The translations under genes and the position numbers were made by a program. DNA of 63,414 bases, counting the filler, from Octopus bimaculoides (Eukaryota), in assembly GCF_001194135.2 (NCBI RefSeq). It is 7 parts of 6 records of this genome, joined end to end, with 100 filler letters (N's around TTAATTAATTAA, not from the genome) between each part and the next. Parts side by side here need not be neighbours in the genome. Positions count along the whole stretch, not along the records: positions 4,799 to 24,001 come from NC_068986.1; positions 24,102 to 25,945 come from NC_068993.1; 5 more parts are not named here. One strand, given 5' to 3'. The notes under the pieces are model-generated. The model was given only the letters and a program-made list of their open reading frames with translations. It was not told where the DNA came from and ran no database searches. Positions 10,979 through 24,135 of this stretch are shown here, piece after piece. Position 1 is the stretch's first letter, and the number at the start of each line of letters is the position of its first letter.

Positions 10979-12084
10979 TGGTGGAAAGTAATAGCAGGCG
11001 TCTGTTATTTTGGACCAGAGGAAAAATGAAATGATGTTAATCTTAGGCATGGTTTATTTCCCTTTTATTGGTCCAGGTACTTATCAAAAGGATTCTCTCA
11101 TTCGGGTCTCTCTCTGGGTGAAAGGAAATACAAGGCCAATACGTTATGACAGAGACATCCAGGTCCAGCGATAGCCAAGAAATTTAACAATACTAGACTC
11201 AAGTACTACAATGAGTACTACTCCATTTCTATGTTTGACTCCTTGTCGAACTCAAACGCTCTGGAAAAGTGGTATTGTCTATTTTTGACTTGTCTGAGTG
11301 TCCATGTACCCTCCACATAGAACATGATAGTAGAATGGTACTGAGGATTTAGTCGTCAACTTCACATACCAGAACATGATAGCAGAGTGGTATTGAGGAT
11401 TATGTCGCCGACTTCACATATCAGTATGATAGTAGAGTGGTGTGGACGATTCAGCCGCCGACTGGTCAAATATAAAAAGTATAGTATTGATTTACTTGAT
11501 GACGAGTAGCTGATAATTGATTTCTGCTTTTCGTTGCTTACTGTTCCTGTTAATAAATTGCAGTTGCCACTACTTGCATTGTTATGAAAATAAGAGAAGC
11601 CTGTTTAGTTCACGCCGAATGTGTGTATACTGTAAATAGTTAAAAACAACTAATCTCTCTCATAACAGACCGCTGATGAAGCTTTGGCTAATGATTTTCT
11701 TGGCAGGTTGCTCTGCTTTTTTCTTTTACAGGGTAAAAATGTTTTAGTTAAGGCGTCTTAGCCTTTTTCAAGGTAAACTAAATGTGCGCGTGTTAAACAT
11801 CAGTTCGTCAGTTGCTTTTACATTTTTATAGGCATACACTCAGATATACACACAAACAGAACGTACGTTCAATTTACGATCCGCATACTCATATGGTACA
11901 TAAATGTTTGTAGTGTTTCATTCGAGAAAAGTAAATAATTCTAATGAAACAAACTGAATTAAATGAAAATTAAGCGAATCTGAATGTCTATTTGCTCAGT
12001 CTAATTGTTGATGCGGCTCCTGGACAAATACAGGCAGTTAATAGGAATGATAGTTTAGTATTATATATACGTGTAAACACTCGT

Positions 12085-12476
12085 GGTAAGTAGCTTGCTT
12101 ACCAACCACATGGTTCCGAGTTCAGTCCCACTGCGTGGCACCTTGGGCAAGTGTCTTCTACTATAGCCTCGAGCCGACAAAAGCCTTGTGAGTGGATTTG
12201 GTAGACGGAAACTGAAAGAAGCCCGTCATATACATATATAAATATATATGCATGTGTATGTGTTTGTGTGTATGTGTTTGTCCCCTCACCATCGCTTGAC
12301 AACCAATGTTGGTGTGTTTACGGCTCCTGTAACTTAGCAGTTCGGCAAAAGAGACCGATAGAATAAGTACGAGGCTTACAAAGAATAAGTCCTGGGGGCG
12401 ATTTGCTCGATTAAAGGCGGTGCTCCAGCATGGCCGCAGTCAAATGACTGAAACAAGTAAAAGAATAAAAGAATAT
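12085..12476 (+). mobile_element. SINE family A, near full length
   Basis: Matches the other family A copies from head to tail. Confidence 0.85.
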
Positions 12477-12722
12477 ATATGTATGTATATACTTTATTTA
12501 AAAGCAGCAGAAATATAACAAAAAAAACTGTTACTCAGAGTTTCACGTTCCCGTTCATCGGACAGTTTCTAACAAAACTGTCCGATGAACGGGAACGTGA
12601 AACTCCGAGTAACAGTTGTTTTTTTATTATATTTCTGCTGCTTTTAAATAATGCATATTACTCTACCTCTGGTATTTGAGTACTCTTTTATTTACCTTGT
12701 TGCACATTTATGTGCTTACTCC

Positions 12723-12763
<41 letters not shown>

Positions 12764-12889
12764 GTAGGGTGCGTCAGATATTTGCGGTCATTTGTATAAA
12801 TTTAGAAAAAGACGCATAACTCACCAAAGGAAAGTTGTATTTCAAAGCAAGTTAGTACAAATAGTCTCAAGAATCCTTTTATCACGCCT

Positions 12890-13817
12890 ATTTAATGAAA
12901 CCATTGTTAGCGCCAATGGCTGCTTCAATACGGGGTCGGAAGCGTTGTCGGAATCAGATGATCTTTATCAATTTTAGACATAGTGCAGCTTATGATGTCC
13001 AACTGAGAGATTGTATGATGCTTTGTGTGAGTAGATTGACCTCTCTCTCTACTTTGCCTCATACATGATAGTCCAGTGGATTTAGGTCTGGTGAATCAGG
13101 AGGCTGTGTGCCTGGAGGAACATGATCATGGAGAATGTCACGTATTCAAGCTTTATGAGACGGCACATAATCTTGGAAGACATACGATCTTCTGTAGCGT
13201 ACTCTGTCTATCCAAGGCCTTATAAATTTCTTGAACACCTCTGCGTAGACAGCAGCATTGACTGTGAAAAAAATGAGGAGGCTTGGCATCTCACTCATTG
13301 CTGACGACACAGTTGCTTGGAACTTAGTATGCATAACTGTTGGAAGCACATTCGGGTCGCTGTCGTTCCATCGGTTTGCCTTTTGTTCCCAGTAACGGTT
13401 TTACTCACCGGAGAAAAACCAAAGCATTCCAACCTCTCGGTGTTTTAACTTGTTTATCAAGCGCTTTGCGTGGATCGAACGATACTCTCTTGTCTCATCT
13501 GACTTAAACTGACCCCTTCGCATCACATACGACCTATACCCGACATACTTATGCACAACTTCTGAAGGTGCATTTTGAAACATTAAGGTAGTTTGCAATG
13601 GCTCTGACTGACTCTCCCGTGCTTTTAGCGATTAATTCTTGAACTTTTTGATTAAAGTTATGTAAAAAGCTTCCAGCCGTTTGTACAAAACTTTCAGCTC
13701 CTCTCAAACTTTGACAACTTTCATAAAACGAGTTATCTCTGAACCACTAAGCTGCGTTTTTAGGACAACGATTGCAGCGTTCCTTTTCATTTTCTGAGTC
13801 AACCTGACGTCAGACAT
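12890..13817 (-). pseudogene. Degenerate Tc1/mariner transposase, DD37D (maT/Bmmar1-like) type
   Basis: - strand peptides MSDVRLTQKMKRNAAIV..., YRSYVMRRGQF...KRLINKLKH..GMLWFFSGE, YVFQD..PSHKA, PPDSPDLNPLD, RPRIEAAIGANNGFIK, with stops and frameshifts; a possible TIR tagggtgcgtcag at about 12765. Confidence 0.8.
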
Positions 13818-13919
13818 TATTTATCTGAAAAGTAAGCTTTAAAAGAATTAGAAGAAAGTTAGAGCTCTTGAAAGAGGTGTCCTCAAAGAAACAGGCCACT
13901 CTGTGCATACAAGCATACA

Positions 13920-13936
13920 CACATTATTATTATTAA

Positions 13937-13984
<48 letters not shown>

Positions 13985-13996
13985 TACTACTACTAC

Positions 13997-14068
<72 letters not shown>

Positions 14069-14088
14069 CATCATCATCATCATCATCC

Positions 14089-14123
<35 letters not shown>
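13920..14123. repeat. (ATT)n/(ACT)n/(ATC)n microsatellite
   Basis: Directly visible. Confidence 0.95.
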
Positions 14124-14665
14124 GAGTGAGAGAGCAGTGCTTGTCATCAAAGTGACACTGGGTACTAATATACAAAGTCCAATATACCCATCATGACTAC
14201 CCGTCTGATAAGTGTACACCAGGTACATGCATCACCACCAGATGAGCGCGACATGGTGATCTTATAACAAGATAAACAGTGCATGACCTTGCAGGTGATG
14301 CCAAGTTAGAGTTTTCTTCGGGTTGAGCAGCCCATCCGCTCAAAATGTCCCTGAATAAGGTTTGTTAAAGAATGTTGAACGAAACACCCATGTTTCCGAA
14401 GGTGAATTATTCAAACCCCAAAGAATTTCTCTCAACATATGGCTATAATGCTCCCCCACTACTTCTGCTCGTGATCAGAGATGCACATATCGTCAACTAC
14501 AAAGGGACATGCTCAACTGGTTAAAGTCAAGCAACTGACAAGCAAATTTGTGGTATTGAGCAGAATATTTGCTGTTGCCCATCTTTTATACCAAGACAAA
14601 ACAATGTAAATGATAACACTTCCAATCAGTTAAGATCAGAAACCATGCGATCCACTGCCTGGTAC
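14124..14665. repeat. Interspersed repeat family D (partial copies at about 28830-29070 and 30685-30815)
   Basis: Shared segments gagtgagagagca...caaagtgacactggg...gcatgaccttgcaggtg and gtgaattattcaaacccc...cagagatgcacatatcgtca. Confidence 0.7.
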
Positions 14666-17665
14666 TGCTATTATCATTATCGGCGTTGATTGAACAGACG
14701 TGTGATCAAAAATCTCTCTCGCCGTAATCATCTTTTCTTTTATTCGAACCGTGTATTTTACAGCCATATTATCAAACACATCCTTCTCTTTTTAAGAAGG
14801 TAGAGTGTGATTTGTGGCGAGAATTTTGCTGGTATTGTCAACTGATCGACCGGTTACGTTGAGTATCCCCCATCATTATTTTTGTCCCGATTCAGTCATA
14901 ATTGCGGAGACTAAGAGATCAAACATGTTCCAATAATGACCATCAGTTCTTTTATTCAAACGCATCATATATTAAACAGTATTATCCAGTATATCTTTTC
15001 TTCCTTAAAACAATCAGGGTTTGGTTTAAGAAAGGTTTTGGTGTTATTTCTTGCAGATCAAATGTTCATGTAAAGGCTCACACATTGTCTTGCATCTTCT
15101 ACATTTTTTTTTTTAGATCTTTTCACTGGTTCCACACTCTTCCTTATTTCTCTTCTCCCTTTGAAATTTCCTTGTCTTTGCTGTTCCCATAACTTTGGGA
15201 TTTTGTAGCCTTACGTGCTTCGTCGCTGACACATTATGTTGGTGTATCTATCTGTTGGTATATTTGTGACTGATCTGTTTAATATGGTGGAAAAAAATTA
15301 CTGGTTTGCTTATTTAAGTTTTAGCAGAATAATTGTGCTAATATATAACAAATGTCAAGTTGTGTCAAGAAATGTAACTTCTTTGCTGAAGAGCTAATGT
15401 TCCTTGGTTTTGGACACATTTAAAAGCGTCATTATAGTATGATTAAATAATATATATAATGGTAGATATATGTGTGTTTGTGTGTGCTTGTGTGCTTACG
15501 AAGACATGAGTATGCTTGAGTATGTGAGGAGACATAAATAAAGAGTGAAAAAGAAAGTGAAAAACATACATTTATGCGCCAACATACATCTTATACGCCA
15601 TATAAATATATACACCATATATATACATATATATATATATATANNNNNNNNNNNNNNNNNNNNNNNNNNNNNNNNNNNNNNNNNNNNNNNNNNNNNNNNN
15701 NNNNNNNNNNNNNNNNNNNNNNNNNNNNNNNNNNNNNNNNNNNNNNNNNNNNNNNNNNNNNNNNNNNNNNNNNNNNNNNNNNNNNNNNNNNNNNNNNNNN
15801 NNNNNNNNNNNNNNNNNNNNNNNNNNNNNNNNNNNNNNNNNNNNNNNNNNNNNNNNNNNNNNNNNNNNNNNNNNNNNNNNNNNNNNNNNNNNNNNNNNNN
15901 NNNNNNNNNNNNNNNNNNNNNNNNNNNNNNNNNNNNNNNNNNNNNNNNNNNNNNNNNNNNNNNNNNNNNNNNNNNNNNNNNNNNNNNNNNNNNNNNNNNN
16001 NNNNNNNNNNNNNNNNNNNNNNNNNATATATATATATATATATATATACCATATACGCCAAAGCTTGCACACGTATACACACACACGTACACACTCACAT
16101 AAATAAACGCACACGTGCATAAAGTCAGCAAAAGACAGAAAGTCAAAAGAGAGTACGAAAGAACGAAGAGCGAGCAACTCCTGAGATAGACGAAAGGGAC
16201 AAAAGTAAGAGGGGAAAGAGCAAACATAATCATAAGAGAGGGTGGAAGTAAGAGGAGCAAGGAACAGAGTCAGAGAGGGAGAGAGATAGAGAACGAAGAA
16301 ATGAAAAATAGAAAGAGGCGGAGGGGGAGAAATATACAACGAAATACAAAGAGAGGTAAGAGAGAAAGACAGAATGTATGAGAGATATAGATAAAAAGGG
16401 AGAGAGAAAAAGAGAGAACGAAGGAGGATGAATCAGTGAGATTAGGTAGAATTTATGACTTTTACTGCAAGGATTGGTGTTAATGTTGGCAGCAGCAGAT
16501 GGTGAACTAGGTATGGTAATGGTGTGAGGAGTTGAATTTCTGACGTGATCAGATTTTTATTACATAATTGGTCCTGATTAACGTCATTAAAGAGAGCATA
16601 GGTGACTACATACTGTCGATGTAGATAAAGGTTGCTTGTAGTGATGCTTGTTGTTTGGTGCTTAATGGCTGCTGCTTGCTGCCAGTATGCTTTATGCTGT
16701 GTAGTTTCAGTGAATGCGTCTTCTAGATGGTAGCCATCTTTGTTCGTCATATTCGCCTGTTCTAAGATGGGGGTTGGCCAGAGAGTTATCTTGGAAGTAT
16801 AACTTCTTTTCGTTTATGATGTGAATAGATTACAAAGAATAATACTATAACGAATAAATCAGTTTATTAATTGTACTACAACTACAGCATATTATGGGAG
16901 AAACGTACATTAGTACTATCAAGATAAGTAGCCAATGAAATATATGTATATACACACGTAACAAACATTACATGAACACGCATATTACATACATATATAC
17001 ATACATTACATACATTACATAAACACACACACGTCTAGCAAGCACTCTGTATATCTTAACGTGGATATATTAATAAGGAACAGTAATACTGCAGCATTTC
17101 TCTTGAAAAGGCATCTCGAATATACGATTTCTGTGTACTTGCGAGTCATCGGCAGCAGCTATCGACTATTACCACATGCTTAGACACATTTCTCCTCAAC
17201 TTATGTACAGAAAAACAGTGACTAAACAATCACTGTTCTCGCAAGTAGCTGGTGATCTGAATAAAAAACTCGTTATTGGTGATGGAAGTAGTATTAGTAC
17301 CGAAAACCAATCTGTGTATCTTACTTAAAGTGGATATACTATTAAACCGTAACACGGAGGTATGCAGTTTAAGAAGTTATCCTGCATAGACGTATAGTGC
17401 TAAAAGCAAAGAAGTATCAGTACGAGTTAGTGGGTACTTGCTGCTGATAACGTGGAAATTCGCAGAAATCTCGTGCTCTTGTTGTTTCTCCCTTTTGTTT
17501 TTCATTTGTCATCTGCTACTGAAATTTCTGTGCTGTTTAGCGCTATACTTCTATACGAGATACCTTCACAAGACGAATACTAGAGATATACTATAGCTAT
17601 CTATTAGTGTAGCCACGTTAAGTAAGATTGCTTTCCGTTAATACGGTTTCTGGCGCTAATTACGG

Positions 17666-17735
<70 letters not shown>

Positions 17736-18386
17736 GCATATATGTATGTGTGTGCGAGTGTGCATATGTGTGTGCGTGCCTGTGTACGTACACATATGTG
17801 TATGTATCCATACATACATACATACATACATGCATATATATATAAACACATACGTACATACACACAAACATACATGTATACACACACATATATATCTGGT
17901 CCAAATAATAATAAAAAAATTACAAAGACAGGTGAGGAAACAAGAGGCATCATATATTAGTCTGACGCTCGGGTAAAATGGATGTTTCGAGCCTAGGCTC
18001 TTTGACAGAAAGGAAGAGAGAAAGAGAAAAAAATGTGTTGAGATAAATGGTTCTATATGTTGAAATCATATGAATCATCATCATCATCCTATATGTGTTT
18101 ATATATATATATATATATATATNNNNNNNNNNNNNNNNNNNNNNNNNNNNNNNNNNNNNNNNNNNNNNNNNNNNNNNNNNNNNNNNNNNNNNNNNNNNNN
18201 NNNNNNNNNNNNNNNNNNNNNNNNNNNNNNNNNNNNNNNNNNNNNNNNNNNNNNNNNNNNNNNNNNNNNNNNNNNNNNNNNNNNNNNNNNNNNNNNNNNN
18301 NNNNNNNNNNNNNNNNNNNNNNNNNNNNNNNNNNNNNNNNNNNNNNNNNNNNNNNNNNNNNNNNNNNNNNNNNNNNNNNNNNNNNN

Positions 18387-18768
18387 AATTTCCAGAACTA
18401 TGGAAACCGACAAATTTCCTACTGTAAAGTTTCAAAAAATACCCAACTTACGTAATGCAAGGTGGAATTCTCGAGCAATACTAGCTCTTTTGGCATTTAT
18501 TCTTCTACCAGAGTAAAGAGTTTTGCTTCTCAATGTTTATCGATTCATCTTTCACAGCTGGACAGATTTTTCGTTTACTGACCAAATGTTCAATGCACAT
18601 GATTATCAGAAGTTATGTGATAGCCTGCAAGTTCATAAAAAAGCATTGAACTCTAAAAACTTTTGTTGTCGAGAACCATTAAAACAGGAAATTCTCAGAA
18701 CAAATCAGAGTGCAGAATGGGCAATCAAGTGCTTTCAAGATCTTGATGATGTTTGTAAAAAGAAGTAA
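18387..18768 (+). pseudogene. DNA transposase relic, hATm-like C-terminal part
   Basis: FQKIPNLRNARWNSRAILALLAFILLP, then frameshifted RTNQSAEWAIKCFQDLDDVC; resembles the ARW and N..AER.IK motifs of hATm-type transposases (recalled, not searched). The 5' part is lost in a gap. Confidence 0.5.
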
Positions 18769-20107
18769 CTTCAGCTTCGGTTTATTTTATCTAACAAAAC
18801 ATATTAATTCATTGCTATGTTTAAAGATTTGCTAACATTCAGCGCTCTTTTTCTTATACAATTATTTAAAAGTGGAATTAAACTTATAAAGTTAAAAATA
18901 TGCATTGTTTTTAATTTTTGTATATTAGTGAATGCTTGCAGTGGCCTCTGTCTTAAAATAACCTAGTTTTGAACCTTTGCATAGAACAATTTCAATTCAG
19001 TAATCTTAAAAATGTATAAATACACTTTTATTCCGCATCTCTCTTGCGTTTGCAAGGATTTAGGTAGAGGAAATACAGAGGAGTGAATCTAGCCCATAAA
19101 TCCGAAGCTACTACTAAAAAGTTGAAATTTCAGATATACTATTTCTGCATCGTGTTAAGTCAACACACCAAATTTGGTAAAAACTTGAGCAGGCATTATG
19201 AACACCCCAAGAACTTTGCATGATTTAGGTCAAAAGTGGTGATCGATTTCTTAAATTGCTGGTGATGTTTTTTTCCAAATAAAGCAAAATAAATGTTAGT
19301 TTCCTAATTTATTTTAAATTATTCATCGAATTACAATATAGTGTTATTAGGTTGGGAAAAAGCCATAACCCTAATATATATANNNNNNNNNNNNNNNNNN
19401 NNNNNNNNNNNNNNNNNNNNNNNNNNNNNNNNNNNNNNNNNNNNNNNNNNNNNNNNNNNNNNNNNNNNNNNNNNNNNNNNNNNNNNNNNNNNNNNNNNNN
19501 NNNNNNNNNNNNNNNNNNNNNNNNNNNNNNNNNNNNNNNNNNNNNNNNNNNNNNNNNNNNNNNTGTTGTACTTGGGGATGGTCATATTGCCAGTTTAGCC
19601 AATAAATATATATATATATATATATACATACATATATGTTGATTTAGTTTTACATCATAAATTATCAGTATATGAGACAATTATCTCATGCAGATGAATT
19701 ACTAGAGGAAGACAATCTTATTGATATCTAGTATTAAGCATTAGATCGTTTGAAATAATTCGTTGAAATGTTACTTTATCGTTTCCGCGCGGGACAAAAG
19801 GCAAAAATGACCCCGGTGAGATATGGGCTCAGAAGGTAAAAGAGCTGTACCCGAATATAACTCAGCAGATTTTATCTGATTCTCTAACGGTTTTAACTAG
19901 CCTGCGTGTTTAATATAGTAACATTATAATTAATGCAGTGTGGTACAAATATAAATAAATAGCGCTATATTGAACAAGACATGCAATAATATTAAGCGTT
20001 GACGTTATCAGAAAGAAACTGAAAGAGAATCTGAATGTGTGACAATACAATGAATCAAACAAAGTTGAGTGGAGCGAAAGCACGCAATATAAATAGGACA
20101 TCTGAAG

Positions 20108-20149
<42 letters not shown>

Positions 20150-20199
20150 GGATGATGATGACGACGATGATGACAATAGTAATAATAATAATTATGATT

Positions 20200-20430
20200 A
20201 TTGTTATTATTTCTACTCTAGGCACAAGGCCTTGCAAATATTTGGTGGTGAAGGGAGATAGTCGATTACATTGACTCCAGTGCATAACTGGTACTTAATT
20301 TCATCTACCCCAAAAGGATGAAAGGCAAAGTCGACCTCGGCGGAATTTGAACTTAGAACGTATCGACGGGCGAAATACCGCTAAGCATTTCGTCCAGCGT
20401 GCTAACGATTCTGCCAGCTCACCGCCTTTA
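20200..20430 (-). mobile_element. SINE family C
   Basis: Full head and central domain, CpGs intact, flanked by (AAT)n. Confidence 0.8.
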
Positions 20431-20475
20431 GTAATACTGATAATAATAATAATAATAATAACAATCATAATAACG

Positions 20476-20532
<57 letters not shown>

Positions 20533-20743
20533 GAGAAGTAATACTAGTAGTAGTAGTAGTAGTAGTAGTAGCAGAATGATGATGATGACGATGAAGAGGG
20601 GGAGGGCCTTAATTGCCGCCAAAGCAACGGATGAGGAGAACGGCACAACAAAGATAGACATGAAATGTGGGGACTCACACTGAGGCGAATAATCAGAAAA
20701 GCTTAATAAATACACCTGGTAAACATTATAAAAGAAAAGAAAT

Positions 20744-20774
<31 letters not shown>

Positions 20775-21186
20775 CGCTAGCCATTAAACCTCTTTCTGTT
20801 TTCTCTCCCTGTTTATTTCTGTGTTCCTTTCTGTCGAAGAGCGTAGGCTTGGAACGTAAAACACTTTCTGACTTCCCGAGCGTTAAACTAATACGCTGCC
20901 ATATTCTCAGTCTCGTGTAACGAAATCAGTGTGATCCCAATTTCTCTCAAACTGTTTACAACCGTCGGTTCTTAACTAAGACACAGCAATAGAACACAGT
21001 TGTACTGGATTTTTTTTTTTTTGTTCTAGGTCTTGTGGTACAAGTAAAGATGCTTTTTTTGTTTTGCTGTTAATAAAAATCGGTGAGTTATTGCATTCGT
21101 CTCAATTTTGTTTGTTTCACAGTTATTCAACATACTGGAAAGCTCCTACGAATGAACAAACTTTCTATGCGTTTCTGTTGCTTGTG

Positions 21187-21213
21187 ATGGATTCGACTGC
21201 TACAGAGAACGAG
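21187..21213 (+). CDS. Candidate first coding segment (MDSTATENE) of the coiled-coil protein gene
   Basis: Acceptor ttttgtttgtttcacag at 21122, ATG at 21187, donor GAG|gtattg; phase 0 fits the exon at 28583. Confidence 0.4.
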
Positions 21214-21352
21214 GTATTGATGGTGGAAGAAACATGTTGTATGAGTGTTGTTGTGATTTGTACCATTTATTGTCATCAATCTAGTAAACGCATCTTTAAT
21301 ATTTCTTTCACTTTTCGCTTACTCAGTTGTTATTTGTAGTAGTAGTAGTGTT

Positions 21353-21690
21353 GGTGAAGGCGCATGGCTCAGTGGTTAGAGTGTCGAACTTACGATCGTG
21401 AGGTTGTGAGCTCGAATCCCGGACCGAGCTGCGTGTTGTGTTCTTGAGCAAGACACTTTATTTCACGCTGCTCCAGTTCCCACAGCTGTAGAAATGAGTT
21501 GCGACGTCACAGGTGCCAAGGTGTATCGGCCTTTGCCTCTCTCTTGGATAACGCCGGTTGTGTGGAGAGGGGAGGCAGGTATGCATGGGCGACTGCTGGT
21601 CTTCCATAAACAGCCTTGCCCGGACTTGTGCCTGGGAGGGTAACTTTCTTGGTGCAATCCCATGGTCAGTCATGATCGAAGGGGGTCTCA
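21353..21690 (+). mobile_element. SINE family E (tRNA head, CORE-like ttgagcaagacacttt segment)
   Basis: A box tggctcagtgg, B box gagctcgaatcc; related copies at 34345-34560 (+), 46215-46540 (-), 56660-56900 (-). Confidence 0.8.
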
Positions 21691-21889
21691 GCAGTGTTAG
21701 TGACGGTAGCAGTAACGGTGCTTTCAGTAGCCTCATCGAATGTGGCAGTAGCTAAATTGGTAACGGCAGTGGTAGAGATGATAAAAATATTCCTCGTAAC
21801 TGTAATGGTTTTCAAGGCGTTGTTATTGTTGTTGTTGTTAATGTACTTATTCTCTGTCGATTCATAATAATTTATTTTTAACATTTTTC

Positions 21890-22275
21890 AGTGATTAAAC
21901 TATGGCCATGCTGGGGCACCATCTTATAGAATTTTTTGTCGAACAAATCAACCCCAGTACTTATTTTTTATAAAGCCAAGTACTCATTCTATGGTCTCTT
22001 TTGAACCGCTAAGCTACGGGGAAATAAACATACCAACATTAGTTGTCAAGTGGCGTGGGGGACAAACATAGACAGAAAGACGCGCACATGTAGATATATA
22101 TATATAGACATATTTACGACGGGTTTCTTCCAGTTTCCGCCTACCAAATCCACTCACAAGTGGATTTGGTTGGCCCGAGGCTATAGTAGAAGACACTTTC
22201 CAAAATGCCCTGCACTGGGACAGAACCTGAAACGATGTAGTTAGGAAGCAAGCTTCTTACCATACAGGCACGTCT
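21890..22275 (-). mobile_element. SINE family A (diverged)
   Basis: Similarity to the other copies. Confidence 0.75.
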
Positions 22276-22953
22276 GCGCCTCATAAGTTAATAGTTTTCT
22301 CTATGTTGCAATACGTATTTTTGTATGTATGTAGATGCATACGTGCATGAACAGAGGTGAGTGTATGAGGTAAGTGCAGCTAAAAAGGTAAAGACTATTT
22401 TGTACCATATTCTACAAATTAATCACCATGAAATATTTATTCTACAATTAATCCCTAGAAATATGAAACAAAAACAAATTTATTATTGATACTTAAGCAA
22501 TCAACCTCAATAAATTACTGTGTCGTTTATATCTTCCTAAATATACCAGCGGTTTCGTGATGCGAATGCTTAAATTTTATGGCAAAGGCAATCAACTACC
22601 TAAGCCTAAGATTAGGATCTTGTATTGATTATAATATCGGTAAATCATTGTATTGATTTCTATATATTTTTTTTAATGTAATTCTTTGAAAACATGACCT
22701 TAGCGAATATTTCACCTTTCCTTCAACAAACATCTTCGGTCAATTTACGTTTCGTCGAATTTGTTTTTCTGAGAAAATGGATTTCTCCAAATATACCTTT
22801 GTAGGAATATGACTTTCAATTGGCTTGTCTTTCGGTAATTAAGCTTTCGCCTAAAGTTTTTAAAGTTTTGCACACACACACACACATATATATATATACA
22901 TACACACACAGACGCGCACACGCACACACACACGCACACACACACACATACAT

Positions 22954-22992
<39 letters not shown>

Positions 22993-23175
22993 TTTACATA
23001 AAATATGTATGTATGTATATATGTATATATGCATGTATGTATGTATGTATTTGAAGGCGGCGCTCCAGCATGGCCACAGTCAAATGACTGAAATAAGTAA
23101 AAGAATAAAAGAATATAATGTAATATATATGTTAATATTTGTCTTTATGTTTTTATGTTCAGTTTTAATAAAAAT

Positions 23176-23562
23176 TGTTGGCACTCCGTCGCTTACGACG
23201 TCGAGGGTTCCAGTTGATCCGATCAACGGAACAGCCTGCACGTGAAATTAACGTGCAAGTGGCTGAGCACTCCACAGACACGTGTACCCTTAACGTAGTT
23301 CTCGGGGATATTCAGCGTGACACAGTGTGACGAAGGCTGACCCTTTGAATTACAGGCACAACAGAAACAGGAAGTAAGAGTGAGAGAAAGTTGTGGTGAA
23401 AAAGTACAGCAGGGTTCGCCACCATCCCCTGCCGGATGCCTCGTGGAGCTTTAGGCGTTTTCACTCAATAAAACACTCACAACGCCCGGTCTGGGAATCG
23501 AAACCACGATCGTATGACCGCAAGTCCGCTGCCCTAACCACTGGGCCTTTGCTCCTCCACCC
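23176..23562 (-). mobile_element. SINE family B, full length
   Basis: Reverse complement of 2765-3152; TSD TAATAAAAAT at 23166-23175 and 23563-23572. Confidence 0.9.
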
Positions 23563-24101
23563 TAATAAAAATAATTTCACATTAATCTGATGGGTTACAC
23601 TATACTTTTGTAAGAGTACAAATTTATTCTCAAACAAGAATGCTGTTGGCGGTGACTTCGAAGTTTGCCCCTGCTAAACCATCGTCATTGGCAACAACAC
23701 TTTTGTTTAAGCATAATTAATACAGTACACACACGTACACACATACACACACGTACACACATACACACATGTATGTACGTATGTATGTATGTATGTATGT
23801 ATGTATGTATGTATGTATGTATGTATGTATGCACGTATATATCATGCGTCCGTGTTTGTGTGTGATTACTTATCAAATCCGTTTTATCAATATTTATCTC
23901 TTCCTATCTATCTTACGAAGATGTTCTAAAAATCTGTGTCTCTTATTTTATTCCGGTTTCTCTTTATTTCCTCATTTCCCTTTAGTATACATATTCCCCA
24001 CNNNNNNNNNNNNNNNNNNNNNNNNNNNNNNNNNNNNNNNNNNNNTTAATTAATTAANNNNNNNNNNNNNNNNNNNNNNNNNNNNNNNNNNNNNNNNNNN
24101 N

Positions 24102-24135
<34 letters not shown>

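Noticed and set aside
16442-16800. 102-aa - strand ORF (MTNKDGYHLEDAFTETT...)
   Set aside because: No motif I can assign and no splice sites; possibly an old retroelement remnant.
19345-19376. 32-bp palindrome tattaggttggg...ccataaccctaata resembling a collapsed mariner MITE
   Set aside because: Too short, imperfect and adjacent to a (TA)n gap.
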